IMG/VR virus record: IMGVR_UViG_3300005613_000001
Span: 434,001-498,000 of that record
DNA: 64,000 nucleotides
Strand: one strand, 5' to 3'
Shown here: positions 22,370-32,169 of the stretch, one piece after another
Position numbering within the stretch: position 1 is the first letter of the stretch
Layout of the letters: the number at the start of each line of letters is the position of its first letter
Translations under genes and position numbers: made by a program
The notes under the pieces: generated by a model
What the model was told of the DNA's origin: nothing
The model's database searches: none
Seen by the model: the letters and a program-made list of their open reading frames with translations, nothing else

Positions 22370-22375
22370 TATATA
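22370..22375. promoter_or_regulatory. Palindromic TATATA between divergent genes 18 bp apart
   Basis: 5 nt from ATG 22381 (+) and 7 nt from ATG 22362 (-). Confidence 0.5.
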
Positions 22376-22380
22376 TTGAT

Positions 22381-22932
22381 ATGAAATATAATTGGCACGG
22401 TTTAATGCAAATTGAGGAAATTCAACATATCCGCGATGGCAAGGTCATCTGGCGGAATGAGAACCTCAAAAATCTTCTTCATATTCAAGGCGAAGAGTTT
22501 ATTCTAAAAGTCGCATTTTCTGAATATCTTTTAAAACCAGAATATTATTATTTTGGTTTAGATAATCGGTCTTCTCTTGACGTAACTGATAGTATGACTG
22601 ATCTAGAAGATGAACCCACAACAAATGGTTATTTTCGTCAATCTGTTAATTCGGTAGATGATTTTACGTTTCTTGTTGTTGAGGGGTATAATCGAGCTAG
22701 ATCTCCCATTTTAACATTTTCTGCTGTTGGTGGTAGTTGGGGTCCAATTAGAAATTTATTCTTAACGATGCAAGACCAGGACATCGCTGCAAATTTGGGC
22801 TATTTGATAGCTTCTGTAGATTTAGAGCAGGATATCACAGTAGCATCAGGAGATGCCATTAGTCTTCGTATGGCTATGACACTAAGAGATTGTGAAGGCG
22901 GTCCTTGTCCTACTTCGCCTCTTAGTTATTAA
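22381..22932 (+). CDS. Probable virion structural protein (tail/baseplate-associated)
   Basis: HIRDGKVIWRNENLKNLLHIQGE...LG.D....D....E...NGY.RQ pattern is typical of tail/baseplate proteins in large phages. Confidence 0.55.
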   Translation: MKYNWHGLMQIEEIQHIRDGKVIWRNENLKNLLHIQGEEFILKVAFSEYLLKPEYYYFGLDNRSSLDVTDSMTDLEDEPTTNGYFRQSVNSVDDFTFLVVEGYNRARSPILTFSAVGGSWGPIRNLFLTMQDQDIAANLGYLIASVDLEQDITVASGDAISLRMAMTLRDCEGGPCPTSPLSY

Positions 22933-23434
22933 AATAGGTTAAACTTTCTTCAAGCACTTTTTGATCTTGAATAATTATGAAGTGCAAAATGTTAAATTTC
23001 GCTTCCGACTCAGTTGCATCTTGAGTTATTTTAAATGAAAGATGTTGAGAGCCAAAATCAACTAAATCTAATAGATTCTTACTTGATGTTGGCACTGGAT
23101 TATCATTATACCAAGTTGCACGTTCTTTTGGTGACATCTTTCGCCACTTCTCATCTGATAGACTTCTTGGTTCATAATCTTCTGGCAATTGTGGCACATT
23201 AATAATGTAGCCACTTTTCTTTGCCTGTAACGGTTGAATGCCCGCCTCATTAATTATTGCGTATTTACAGAACACTTCTTCAGCCGGTTCTGAGGTTGAA
23301 CCTTTATGAAACCACACTGGAAGACTCACGCCGATGGTTTTTATTTTCTTACCTTCATGCAAAGCATAACGCTCTTTTTTTGTAAGGAAAATATTATGCA
23401 TTATGGATAATGTAGTTGTTTTTTTATTCGCCAT
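22922..23434 (-). CDS. Hypothetical protein
   Basis: 170 aa ORF; no motif recognised. Confidence 0.55.
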   Translation of the reverse strand: MANKKTTTLSIMHNIFLTKKERYALHEGKKIKTIGVSLPVWFHKGSTSEPAEEVFCKYAIINEAGIQPLQAKKSGYIINVPQLPEDYEPRSLSDEKWRKMSPKERATWYNDNPVPTSSKNLLDLVDFGSQHLSFKITQDATESEAKFNILHFIIIQDQKVLEESLTYFNN

Positions 23435-23502
23435 TTCACACTTTTTCTATGCTGTTTTGCCATATATAAGGTAGTGAAGGATTATACTATAAAGGAGTTC
23501 CT

Positions 23503-24423
23503 ATGAAGGGAAATTTAGGCAGGATTGCTGTTATTGCTGCTGTCTTCATTGTAGCAATTATTCTCTTTTCTTCAAAGCATCAGGGCAAGGTTCAAACGGA
23601 TAAACCTCAACTCCCCAATATTTCTAATATGCCAATCGTGATCGAAAGCGATCCGCAATTGGCTGCTATTCAAGGTTTATCTCCTGTTGAACAAAGAGGA
23701 GAAAAATTCAGGGAATGGTTACAAGCATCATTTAAAATTAAAGTAAGTGGTGCAAGTGGCTCTGGAACATTATGTTATTACGACTACGAAAAAAACATTG
23801 CTTACGTGATTTCATGTGGGCACTTGTGGAGTGGAAACATGCGTGCGAGGGTAGGAAATACTCGCAAGGCAACAGTTATTACTTGGTATCATAATGATAA
23901 GAAATTATCATCCCCAAAAGAATACGAAGCTGAAGTTCATTTTTATAGCAACAGCAGGGGTTATGATATAAGTCTTTTAACATTTAAGCCTGATTGGTTT
24001 CCGCAAATTTACTTTCCTATTGCACCACTAGATCATAAAGTGGGCGGCTCTGCACATTCAATGGGATGTGACGGTGGAGAGGAAGTTGCACATTATGAAG
24101 TGGAAATAGTTGGGTTAAAAGATACAAACTTAATCACTAAAAATAACAGCCCACGGCCAGGTCGTTCTGGAGGCGGGTTGGTAGATAATACTGGTCATTA
24201 TATCGGTATTTGTTGGGGAACGTCTAAATATGATGGCTCTGGGATTGGATACTTTACGCCCCTTAAAGCCATTCATGAGCAATTTAAAAAGGAAGGCTAT
24301 GAATTCCTTTTGGGGCTTCCACCGGCCAGCTTAGCTCGCCAAATCCCAATTATTGATATGCCACGACACACAAAAGGCGATTATCCACATGATTACATTC
24401 CTTTACCGGGATACAGAATTTAG
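23503..24423 (+). CDS. Trypsin-like serine protease with N-terminal membrane anchor
   Basis: Catalytic triad contexts ISCGH, YDISLL and PGRSGGG; TM at residues 8-24; AAGGAG SD. Confidence 0.88.
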   Translation: MKGNLGRIAVIAAVFIVAIILFSSKHQGKVQTDKPQLPNISNMPIVIESDPQLAAIQGLSPVEQRGEKFREWLQASFKIKVSGASGSGTLCYYDYEKNIAYVISCGHLWSGNMRARVGNTRKATVITWYHNDKKLSSPKEYEAEVHFYSNSRGYDISLLTFKPDWFPQIYFPIAPLDHKVGGSAHSMGCDGGEEVAHYEVEIVGLKDTNLITKNNSPRPGRSGGGLVDNTGHYIGICWGTSKYDGSGIGYFTPLKAIHEQFKKEGYEFLLGLPPASLARQIPIIDMPRHTKGDYPHDYIPLPGYRI

Positions 24424-24431
24424 GAGATTAA

Positions 24432-25070
24432 ATGGCTGCTATTTTGCCTAATTCAATTTTTGTTCATATCCCCAAAACGGGAGGCACGTTTGTCAGAAGA
24501 ACAATTAAAGATCTTGGACTCTATCGTGGCGAAGCATATGAAGGGAATAACAACTGGACGAGAATACAAGTAATTCACTTGGGGATTGGTGATATTCAAT
24601 CCAACAAGTTAACTTTTGCTTTTGTTAGAAATCCTACAACTTGGCTTCAAAGCAAGTGGACCAATATGGTCCGTAGGTTTAAAAAAAGCTCTAAACCATC
24701 TAAACATCTTTGGAAGAACGATTGCTTTTCCAAAGATTTTGGTGAATTTGTTAGAAAAGTGTTGGATTTACACCCCAATAGACCTACAATTGAAATGAAT
24801 AATAAATTAGGGTATGAAGTTGTTTATGATAAATGTCAACCTAAGAAGCATCACGTTGATCTAATTGGAAAAAATGAATCTTTGAGAGAAGATTTAATTC
24901 GAATTCTAAACACAGCGGGAGAAGAATTTGATGAAAATACAATATTAAACAAAGAAGAACAACGGGTGGCTTCTCGATCAAGGAATTGGGCGTGTCAATA
25001 TCCACCGGGATTAGAAGATAAAGTAATAGATGCTAATTTGCCTTTTGCAAAAGCATTTGGTTATTTTTAG
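24432..25070 (+). CDS. Sulfotransferase family 2-like protein
   Basis: FVHIPKTGGT and FAFVRNP..W..S motifs. Confidence 0.8.
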   Translation: MAAILPNSIFVHIPKTGGTFVRRTIKDLGLYRGEAYEGNNNWTRIQVIHLGIGDIQSNKLTFAFVRNPTTWLQSKWTNMVRRFKKSSKPSKHLWKNDCFSKDFGEFVRKVLDLHPNRPTIEMNNKLGYEVVYDKCQPKKHHVDLIGKNESLREDLIRILNTAGEEFDENTILNKEEQRVASRSRNWACQYPPGLEDKVIDANLPFAKAFGYF

Positions 25071-25924
25071 AATCTTATATGATCCCAAAAGGCTTCATAA
25101 TCAAGATCGGCAGCAATAAGATCATTACCGGGGGCGGTACTCCAACCGCCCTCCATTTTTACCATCTTGCCTTTTACCCATGTTGCCACTTCTGGGTAGA
25201 GATGACATACCGCCGCACAGGGGTCATGAAACTTCTTCTCGGGATGCTTCTTAAGATAAATCTCCATCGCCTCTAAAAATAATTCTGAGGCGCGGTCTTT
25301 CGGCTGTCCCATTGATTCATGGATCACCCTATCGTATATGACGGTGTGACATAAGTTCTTTGATACAAAGCGTTTTTCTTTGATGTTCGCATCTACCAGG
25401 GCGAGGAATCCCTTTCTGTCTCCGTTGGGGTTGAATGAGGGAGCCCACTCTCTTCCTTCAAATTTCTCCTTAACGATGCTCGGTCGGTAGCGACTATATG
25501 GTAGGAAGCCGCCTTGCATTGTTGCTTTCTCAAATGCCGCTTCTGGGTGGGTTCTAAGGTACTTTCCTATGGATTTTATCGGACCAATCACAAAAAGTTC
25601 GCACTTCGGGTGCCTATTGAGGACATAGGGTAGTAGAGATTCACCCAAATCGTCAGGCGCAGAGCGTAACGGTGCGCCGTATACATTAAGGAGGCGTTCA
25701 TGCACTCCCGTATTCCAGTGCTTGTAATTATCCACCTTCCCAGAACCAATAGGAATGTCCAATCCCAGTTCTTTACAGAGAAACCTTACAATAGCTATTT
25801 GTTGTGGGTCGCCCGGCGAAACAAGAATACATCTTATGTTCACACCTGCCGAAATCAAATAACACAATGCAAAGAAGTCATCGGGATCGTTACCGATGTC
25901 CGTTTCTACGATCATATCACACAT
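25067..25924 (-). CDS. Inosine/uridine-preferring nucleoside hydrolase family protein
   Basis: ETDIGNDPDDFFAL (DxDxGxDD calcium-binding motif), IGP, FNP.GD and HDPCAA. Confidence 0.8.
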   Translation of the reverse strand: MCDMIVETDIGNDPDDFFALCYLISAGVNIRCILVSPGDPQQIAIVRFLCKELGLDIPIGSGKVDNYKHWNTGVHERLLNVYGAPLRSAPDDLGESLLPYVLNRHPKCELFVIGPIKSIGKYLRTHPEAAFEKATMQGGFLPYSRYRPSIVKEKFEGREWAPSFNPNGDRKGFLALVDANIKEKRFVSKNLCHTVIYDRVIHESMGQPKDRASELFLEAMEIYLKKHPEKKFHDPCAAVCHLYPEVATWVKGKMVKMEGGWSTAPGNDLIAADLDYEAFWDHIRF

Positions 25925-26102
25925 AATATAAAATCTTACCTTCGGATAAAGGGTATAAGGCTTTATAACCCTCGGAATCCATGAATTCTTTTTTTCTTAG
26001 AAGGGGGGCTAAAACAAACTTAACATTATGTCCAAAATGTGCCAACTTATCAAAATCTGCGTCTTCTTTAACATGCAAAATTTCTTCATAGCTCAGTGAC
26101 AT
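25917..26102 (-). CDS. Small hypothetical protein
   Basis: Likely start MSLSYEE at 26102 (61 aa), avoiding overlap with the upstream gene. Confidence 0.4.
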   Translation of the reverse strand: MSLSYEEILHVKEDADFDKLAHFGHNVKFVLAPLLRKKEFMDSEGYKALYPLSEGKILYYV

Positions 26103-26106
26103 TATT

Positions 26107-26874
26107 CTAACCTTTCTGTTTGCCACAATATTTATAACCAAAATGTTCCATAAGATCCGAACGCTCGCCCAGGACATCATTTATTTCAATGAAGTCCCTT
26201 TTTTTCAACTTAGAAATCTGTTTGTTATTTTGATTTTCCAATCCAAACACTTTTTCGTATCGCTTACGATTAAAAGCCCTATTTGGATCAAGACGCTGTA
26301 ACTCGGGAATGAAATTAACTAAATTCTTGCAAACATTCAAAGTATCATCACACATTTCCTCATAGCTAAAGAAAATATTTCCTTTGAGAGTTCGTTTGTT
26401 TCTAATTTGATGTTCCGCACACTTCAACCAATGTGTCGCAGCAACAGTTAATGAATGCCCCATTTTTCTTCTAATACCTTCGCAAAAAGCGTAGGGGTTA
26501 CGTAGGTTGATAATAAACTTTGTATTCTCAAATTCATTCTGTGTTAGATGAGCACGCAATACACTCTGAGGGCTTTTTTCTACTAGGATGGATTTACTAA
26601 TGTTCCACCTTTCAAACCAAGCAGCTTTTATTTTAGGCCAATTGTAATTGGCATTGTTCATGAATTTTTCTTCATTAATCGTACAATTACGTCGCTCATC
26701 TCCTGAAGAACGAGGCATGTGGGCTCGGGCTTTCCTTACACAAACTCCTTCGTGAAGCGTGTTGCGTATAAGGGAAACATTAGGGGAAGTTCCCAATAGT
26801 TTGGCTAACAAAGTAGAGCCTGAGTTGTTGGGACACACTATAAAAAGAAATAAATGCTTAAAATTCATAATCAA
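26107..26874 (-). CDS. Sulfotransferase family protein
   Basis: CPNNSGSTLLAKLL, LVEKSP and FIINLRNPYA. Confidence 0.8.
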   Translation of the reverse strand: MIMNFKHLFLFIVCPNNSGSTLLAKLLGTSPNVSLIRNTLHEGVCVRKARAHMPRSSGDERRNCTINEEKFMNNANYNWPKIKAAWFERWNISKSILVEKSPQSVLRAHLTQNEFENTKFIINLRNPYAFCEGIRRKMGHSLTVAATHWLKCAEHQIRNKRTLKGNIFFSYEEMCDDTLNVCKNLVNFIPELQRLDPNRAFNRKRYEKVFGLENQNNKQISKLKKRDFIEINDVLGERSDLMEHFGYKYCGKQKG

Positions 26875-27418
26875 ACTCTTTTATGTCTTTTGCAAAATAT
26901 GTTGCTACCACTTGACGCCCTAAGTCGCTGTAGTGGCGACGATAACCTTTTCCTCGCTTACTAGAATTGTGATTGCCTAGAGGGGAGTAAGGCATGTCTA
27001 TCTCTTTTAATAACCTCCTCCAATCGGTCGCTAAGCGTTCAAATCGGCCCACAAAATCCACTCTTGTTTTCCCACGATATCGTAACCAATTAACTTGATT
27101 TGTATATCGCAACTTATTCCATAAATCCAACTCCGTCAATTTTACTAGCCATGTGTTGAATTCAAAATCGTTTACCGCTTGCGAACGTCTTGCGTTTGCT
27201 CCCCCATCAAGATTGTGCTGGTACATTGACAACATCTTATCCCACGGGTTACGCACAAACGCAAATGAATAATGTGATTCAAAATTCTTCCATCCCAGGT
27301 CTTTGACATGATCCAGAACAGTCTTATGGTCTCCCTTCCAACCAAAAAACCTTTCAATTGATGTCCCGGCACACCTGTTTATGTGGATAAATATTAAATT
27401 CCGCTCCTTGTCTCTCAT
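26858..27418 (-). CDS. Sulfotransferase family 2 protein
   Basis: FIHINRCAGTSI, FAFVRNPWDKMLSMY and DFVGRFE. Confidence 0.85.
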   Translation of the reverse strand: MRDKERNLIFIHINRCAGTSIERFFGWKGDHKTVLDHVKDLGWKNFESHYSFAFVRNPWDKMLSMYQHNLDGGANARRSQAVNDFEFNTWLVKLTELDLWNKLRYTNQVNWLRYRGKTRVDFVGRFERLATDWRRLLKEIDMPYSPLGNHNSSKRGKGYRRHYSDLGRQVVATYFAKDIKEFDYEF

Positions 27419-27427
27419 AGAAAGTAT

Positions 27428-27703
27428 TTATCTTTCACCCTTAGCATTTAAACAATCTTCCGCAAATCGTTGACACATGGCTGCAATAGAAGCCAATTCA
27501 CGAATCGTAGCATCAGGATCAAGTTTTTGTTTGAATACCTCCTGTTTAAACTCTTCAAATTCCTCCCAAATAACTGCTAAACCCTCATGTGCGCTATACA
27601 TTCGGGCATGTTTTTGCCTAGCATTATGCAAGTCAAATTTAACCAACTCAGGAAAAGTACGCTTTTTCGCTAAAACATCTGTTACTATTTGATCTAAATT
27701 CAT
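27428..27703 (-). CDS. MazG-like / all-alpha NTP pyrophosphohydrolase-like small protein
   Basis: HEGLAVIWEEFEEF...ELASIAAM fits the EExxE...E acidic pattern. Confidence 0.5.
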   Translation of the reverse strand: MNLDQIVTDVLAKKRTFPELVKFDLHNARQKHARMYSAHEGLAVIWEEFEEFKQEVFKQKLDPDATIRELASIAAMCQRFAEDCLNAKGER

Positions 27704-27888
27704 TCTTTTCTCTCTTTTATTAAATCTCCAAGAACTGTCACTAACAACATAAGCACCATACCCTCTATGACGCCTATCTGGTGGGGGGAAAGCTCACTCC
27801 AAATTGCCCAATGCCCCGCTACTAAATAATATGCCACCCATGTTAAAATAAGACCACCAATAAGTAGCCCTAATAAAAAGTTCCACAT
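27700..27888 (-). CDS. Small two-TM membrane protein
   Basis: 62 aa with two hydrophobic segments; coupled to both neighbours by overlaps. Confidence 0.6.
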   Translation of the reverse strand: MWNFLLGLLIGGLILTWVAYYLVAGHWAIWSELSPHQIGVIEGMVLMLLVTVLGDLIKERKE

Positions 27889-28661
27889 TACTTACTCCGA
27901 TAATAAGGACAAATGGTTTTATAATCACATCTAAAACAATGATCGCCCACCTTTCCAAAGATGGAATCAGGATTTGTAGCCCTGATCTCATCAAAAGCAG
28001 TTACCAACTCTACTACAGCACTGTCAATTGCTCTTTGTGTAAATCTAGCAGGAACCAAATTTCCACCTTCAACATAATATAAGGCGGCTGCAATCCGATT
28101 AGCAGGAACTTCATACTCTATCTGAACGGCTTTACTATAAGCGCGTAATTGTAAATCCTGACCAATTGTTTGAGGAGTTTTCCGCCAAATACCTTTCTTC
28201 GTAGTCTTATAATCAATAATGAAAATCTTATCCTTGGCATCATTAGTAATTAAACGGTCAATAATGCCGATAAGTCTCTTATTATGAGGCGGGTCTAAAT
28301 CTATATTGAAAGAGTGTTCAAGTTTGCCCTTGAATCCAATTTGTTGAGTTAGAGAATCAATTGACCTAATGTGCCCTGGCAAACGTTTCATGTAGGCCGC
28401 TGGAATCTTAGATGCTTTTTTGCCATTTTCAATTTCAATCTCACCATTTATGACAGCATCTCGGATTTCGCTCAATGATACATCACCCTGATTCGCAATA
28501 TACTCTTCAGCAATTTTGTGTACAATCTTGCCGTACTCAAAATAGTAGGGTTCAGGCACCGGCGATTCAAGTTTCAGAAAGTACCGATACTTGTATTGTT
28601 GGCGGCATGTATCCCAAATTGATTTTCTTGTAACGCTTATTCGTTCTATATCCATAGTCAT
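27888..28661 (-). CDS. PD-(D/E)XK RecB/Cas4-like exonuclease
   Basis: TCRQQYKY, G.IVH, GIIDRL, IIDYKT and QLRAY motifs; C-terminal HCFRCDYKTIC (Fe-S staple pattern). Confidence 0.88.
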   Translation of the reverse strand: MTMDIERISVTRKSIWDTCRQQYKYRYFLKLESPVPEPYYFEYGKIVHKIAEEYIANQGDVSLSEIRDAVINGEIEIENGKKASKIPAAYMKRLPGHIRSIDSLTQQIGFKGKLEHSFNIDLDPPHNKRLIGIIDRLITNDAKDKIFIIDYKTTKKGIWRKTPQTIGQDLQLRAYSKAVQIEYEVPANRIAAALYYVEGGNLVPARFTQRAIDSAVVELVTAFDEIRATNPDSIFGKVGDHCFRCDYKTICPYYRSK

Positions 28662-28923
28662 TCTCTAATTAAGTACCCCAGTATATTAAAATTCAATTTT
28701 TAAGTCAAACCAAGCGGCAGCATGTAGATAAACGTCTGCTGGCAACCCTTGCGCCGGGATTAAGACACCCCCCTGATTTTTCCTAGCACCCCCCCAATAG
28801 ATAGATGTGCCAGCACTTTCCGTTAATCATTAGCTTGAGAGTGTAACCGCTGTGCTAGCAACAAGTTAGCTCCAGAAAACTCGTATACTGCAACTCATCC
28901 GTGCAGGAATCCGAAATCTGCGG

Positions 28924-28951
28924 TTTACACTTACCTTTCGTGTGGTATATT
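28924..28951 (+). promoter_or_regulatory. sigma70-like promoter with extended -10
   Basis: TTTACA, 16 bp spacer, then TG-n-TATATT. Confidence 0.55.
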
Positions 28952-29010
28952 GTGAAAAAGAGGCCCTAACTCTGGGGCTTCTAAGTGTGCATCCGGTAAG
29001 GAGTTTTCGT

Positions 29011-29988
29011 ATGGCTAACAAGCGTTTGGAAGGCGTGGTCACCCACGCCAAGGAATCTTCCAAGACCCACCAGCAGAAGGTGGCGAGTCTTGGGGCCAAG
29101 CTCGGCTTATCTGGGCTGGTGGAAATCGGGTTCGGTATTTTCGGCTCGGTGGCCGATATTACCCCCCAAATGGCGGAGGATTGGTTGGCTACCAACACCA
29201 ACAATCGTCGGCCAAAAGAACGCTCGATCAAGAAGTATTCGGGCGATATGGCTGAAGGCTACTGGCGGCTCACTCACGAAGCGGTCGCGTTCGGCTTGGA
29301 TGGTGAACTGAAGGACGGTCAAAACCGCCTCAAGGCGATTGTTCGTTCTAACCAGACCGTCCGTATGATGGTTGTGGTCGGCATTTGCGACGAGGCGAAA
29401 GCCGTCATTGACCAGAACGTTCCCCGCACACCGCTGGATGCCGCCCGCTTTCAGGGGGTGGATGTTGGTCCCAATTCCCGCACCCGCATCGGTGGCGCTA
29501 AAATCGCCTATGTTGGGATGAAGGGTCAGTCATTCAGCGTTTCGAACAGCAAGACCCTGGAATTGCTGGACGACTTCTGTGTGCCCCTGGATTTCGTTTG
29601 GGATCATCTTGATCGTGTCAAGGGTGTTTGCGTCGGCGGCGTGATCGGAGCCATCGTGCGGGCATACATCCACTGCCAGGACGATCCCAAGGCTATCGCC
29701 CGGCTCAAGCGATTCTGCGAAATCCTGAGTGACGGGCAGTACGGCAATGTGGACGCCGATGTTGCCGCCTTCCGCCTCCGCGAACGGCTGATGCAGAAGG
29801 AGCGTTACGGCAGCACGGGCAGTAAGGAAGCCTACGCCCTGTGCGAAAAGGCGCTGATCTTGTTCTTGGATGGGAAAACCGTTAGCCGGTTGAACCCCGT
29901 CAAGGTCGAACAGTTTCTCTTGGCCCACGAAGTGCCGCTCGATGAGTTGCACGAATTGCCCCTCGCGGCACAAAAGCGACGAGACTAA
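29011..29988 (+). CDS. ParB/Srx-like (DGQHR-type motif) protein, GC-rich
   Basis: AAGGAG SD before ATG 29011; ITPQMA..WL..N..NR...Y..DM..G.W...E...F...G.L.DGQNRL.AI. GC is about 55-65% in lines counted, versus about a third in the flank. Confidence 0.8.
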   Translation: MANKRLEGVVTHAKESSKTHQQKVASLGAKLGLSGLVEIGFGIFGSVADITPQMAEDWLATNTNNRRPKERSIKKYSGDMAEGYWRLTHEAVAFGLDGELKDGQNRLKAIVRSNQTVRMMVVVGICDEAKAVIDQNVPRTPLDAARFQGVDVGPNSRTRIGGAKIAYVGMKGQSFSVSNSKTLELLDDFCVPLDFVWDHLDRVKGVCVGGVIGAIVRAYIHCQDDPKAIARLKRFCEILSDGQYGNVDADVAAFRLRERLMQKERYGSTGSKEAYALCEKALILFLDGKTVSRLNPVKVEQFLLAHEVPLDELHELPLAAQKRRD

Positions 29989-30005
29989 ACGTTGCGGAAA
30001 CCTGG

Positions 30006-30040
30006 AAAGCCGCCTCAATTTTTTGGGGCGGCTTTTTTTT
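30006..30040 (+). terminator. Rho-independent terminator
   Basis: AAAGCCGCC-loop-GGCGGCT then T8. Confidence 0.88.
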
Positions 30041-31064
30041 ATCGACTCAAAATGTGTAGGAATTCCTGAGTAGAAGTTCCTTTGTAGTCCCTTTTGCTGT
30101 CCGCTTTAAATCGTGAATAATCCTTTTCACGCATGTCATACTTGCCGTATTTCTCCATTATCTTCTGGATTTCTTCAAATGATAGCAAACCTTCATTGTT
30201 GTAACTCAAGAAGATGTAGTTGAACTTGGCGGCGCTGATTATCTCATCTAGAGATTCGGGCACAGTTTTCTTGGAACAATATGTTGACCGCTCATATTCC
30301 CGCAACCCTGTCTTCCCTCTCGGTAAAAATTCATCATATTTTGCAATCGTATTGAGCAAATGATAGTTAGCACCGTAATCACGTTGGTTATATGGGGGGT
30401 CCAGGTAGAGAATTCCGCCTTCAATATGATGAATTAACTCGTTGGCATCCTGGTTGTAGGCTATGTTGCTGCCATCGTTAATGGTAAATTCCGGCGCATG
30501 CAACTGCATTGTGCGTATCGCTGTCTTTTTGAACTTCTTTAGGAATGCCCCATAGACAGAAGCAGTGTTGGCAACGCAATCTGCCGCCTCTAATAATGAA
30601 CATAAGTAGAAGTAATATTCGTTATCGTTGATTGCGCCGCTGGACAACCATCTTTCTATTTCCATTCTAATAGCATCAATCTTTTTGCCATTCTCATCAC
30701 TGAAATACATCCTTTCCGATCCACCAACGCAATAGTTGTTGAAGATAAACCCCTCTACTCCTGGTAGTTCGTTTAAATATTTGAGGCGGTCTACATGTGG
30801 AAAATGTTGGTTGTTGCGGATATAGTTGCGGCAGAAGACATAACTGTAATACTCAATATCGTTAGCAATGACGGATTGAACGTGGGGTTTGAAAAATCTC
30901 CCTACGATTCCCGTACCTGCAAACAGGTCACAGAATACTTGTTGTTCTAAATCTGGTACAGTCTCTTTAATTGTCTGATGAATAAAATCTAAAAGTCTGT
31001 ATTTAGAACCAATATAGTTAATCTGACATTTCGGTTTCATTAAAATTAGCTGGCAACTTAACAT
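30039..31064 (-). CDS. DNA adenine methyltransferase (Dam/D12 class)
   Basis: NYIGSK, DLFAGTGIV and YLDPPY. Confidence 0.92.
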   Translation of the reverse strand: MLSCQLILMKPKCQINYIGSKYRLLDFIHQTIKETVPDLEQQVFCDLFAGTGIVGRFFKPHVQSVIANDIEYYSYVFCRNYIRNNQHFPHVDRLKYLNELPGVEGFIFNNYCVGGSERMYFSDENGKKIDAIRMEIERWLSSGAINDNEYYFYLCSLLEAADCVANTASVYGAFLKKFKKTAIRTMQLHAPEFTINDGSNIAYNQDANELIHHIEGGILYLDPPYNQRDYGANYHLLNTIAKYDEFLPRGKTGLREYERSTYCSKKTVPESLDEIISAAKFNYIFLSYNNEGLLSFEEIQKIMEKYGKYDMREKDYSRFKADSKRDYKGTSTQEFLHILSR

Positions 31065-32169
31065 TCTCTAAAGTCTTTTGGGTAAAGACATATCTCCCAC
31101 CTGTTTTAAAGCCCAACTCCTCCCAATCAATTTGGTTGAGTTTGTCTCTCATCATCTCTAGACGCATGGGTATGGTTGGGAATATCGCCAAAATAGAGCC
31201 ATCATAGTTTTTACAAGGGTGTAGAAAGAAAGGATTCTTCGCCCTTGTCTTGCAATTGACATATATTCTGGGCTCATCACTCTTATGGCACTCTCTGCCC
31301 CACTTCCACCAATCCGCCTCTTTAAATTTCTTAACCCTTCTATTTAAGAGGCGGTCTTTGTGTTGCATGAGGTAGTCATTTTCCACATTGTAGTACATTC
31401 TCTTCAGCTTATTGGTCGTCCGCGTGTAGGAACAAACGAATTCCTCATTCCCATCTGGATGCTCAAACACTTCATCGAGACCACTAACTGCTCCTACTTT
31501 AACAAAGAACAAATCTTTAAAATCTAAGGAGTAATCTTTCTTAGTGAAACATATCTGCCCATTCATGCAGACAAAGTTTCTTTCCCCTTTAGTAGTGATG
31601 GTCTTTCTGGTGAGATTATCTTTCTCATACCGCCAAACTGCGCATGTGGGCGAGAAGCCTTTGAATATCTGTTTGTCTCCTAAGTCAAAAAAATGGGTTA
31701 TTGTTCCTTGATCCCATAGAAGTTGATTCAATTTAAAGCTGGAAGTGGCTTTGATGAAATCTCGGGGCGTAATGAAGATGATCTCCCCCTGAGCTTCCAA
31801 ATGCCGAAAACACTTCTCAATAAAAAACAAATATAAATTGGCTCTTTTATCAAACAAATCAAACCGCAATTTGTTTTTGGTGCCTTCTTGTATGTTTTTA
31901 AAAGCAACATAGGGTGGGTTACCCATAATAGTGACGAATTTGTTTTCTATTGAATAATCAAAAAAATCCATACAAAGACAATCATCAGGGCACAACTCTT
32001 TGTCCAATTCAATACAAGCGCTAGGTTCAAGGAGTGATAAGAAATCTCCCTCTCCCGCACTGGGCTCTAATGCTGTGCCATGATTCCGCCTCAAATGATT
32101 CATCTTCCCTACAATTTTTTGAGGCGTGAATATTTGACCTAGTTGTTCAACATTTCTGTGGATATCCAT
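31018..32169 (-). CDS. N6-adenine DNA methyltransferase (gamma class, TaqI/Eco57I-like)
   Basis: GQIFTP, LEPSAGEG and IMGNPPY. Confidence 0.9.
   Translation of the reverse strand: MDIHRNVEQLGQIFTPQKIVGKMNHLRRNHGTALEPSAGEGDFLSLLEPSACIELDKELCPDDCLCMDFFDYSIENKFVTIMGNPPYVAFKNIQEGTKNKLRFDLFDKRANLYLFFIEKCFRHLEAQGEIIFITPRDFIKATSSFKLNQLLWDQGTITHFFDLGDKQIFKGFSPTCAVWRYEKDNLTRKTITTKGERNFVCMNGQICFTKKDYSLDFKDLFFVKVGAVSGLDEVFEHPDGNEEFVCSYTRTTNKLKRMYYNVENDYLMQHKDRLLNRRVKKFKEADWWKWGRECHKSDEPRIYVNCKTRAKNPFFLHPCKNYDGSILAIFPTIPMRLEMMRDKLNQIDWEELGFKTGGRYVFTQKTLENVKLPANFNETEMSD

Noticed and set aside
27888-28661. cas4 / CRISPR locus
   Set aside because: No repeat-spacer array or other cas gene; stand-alone RecB/Cas4-like nucleases are routine in phages.
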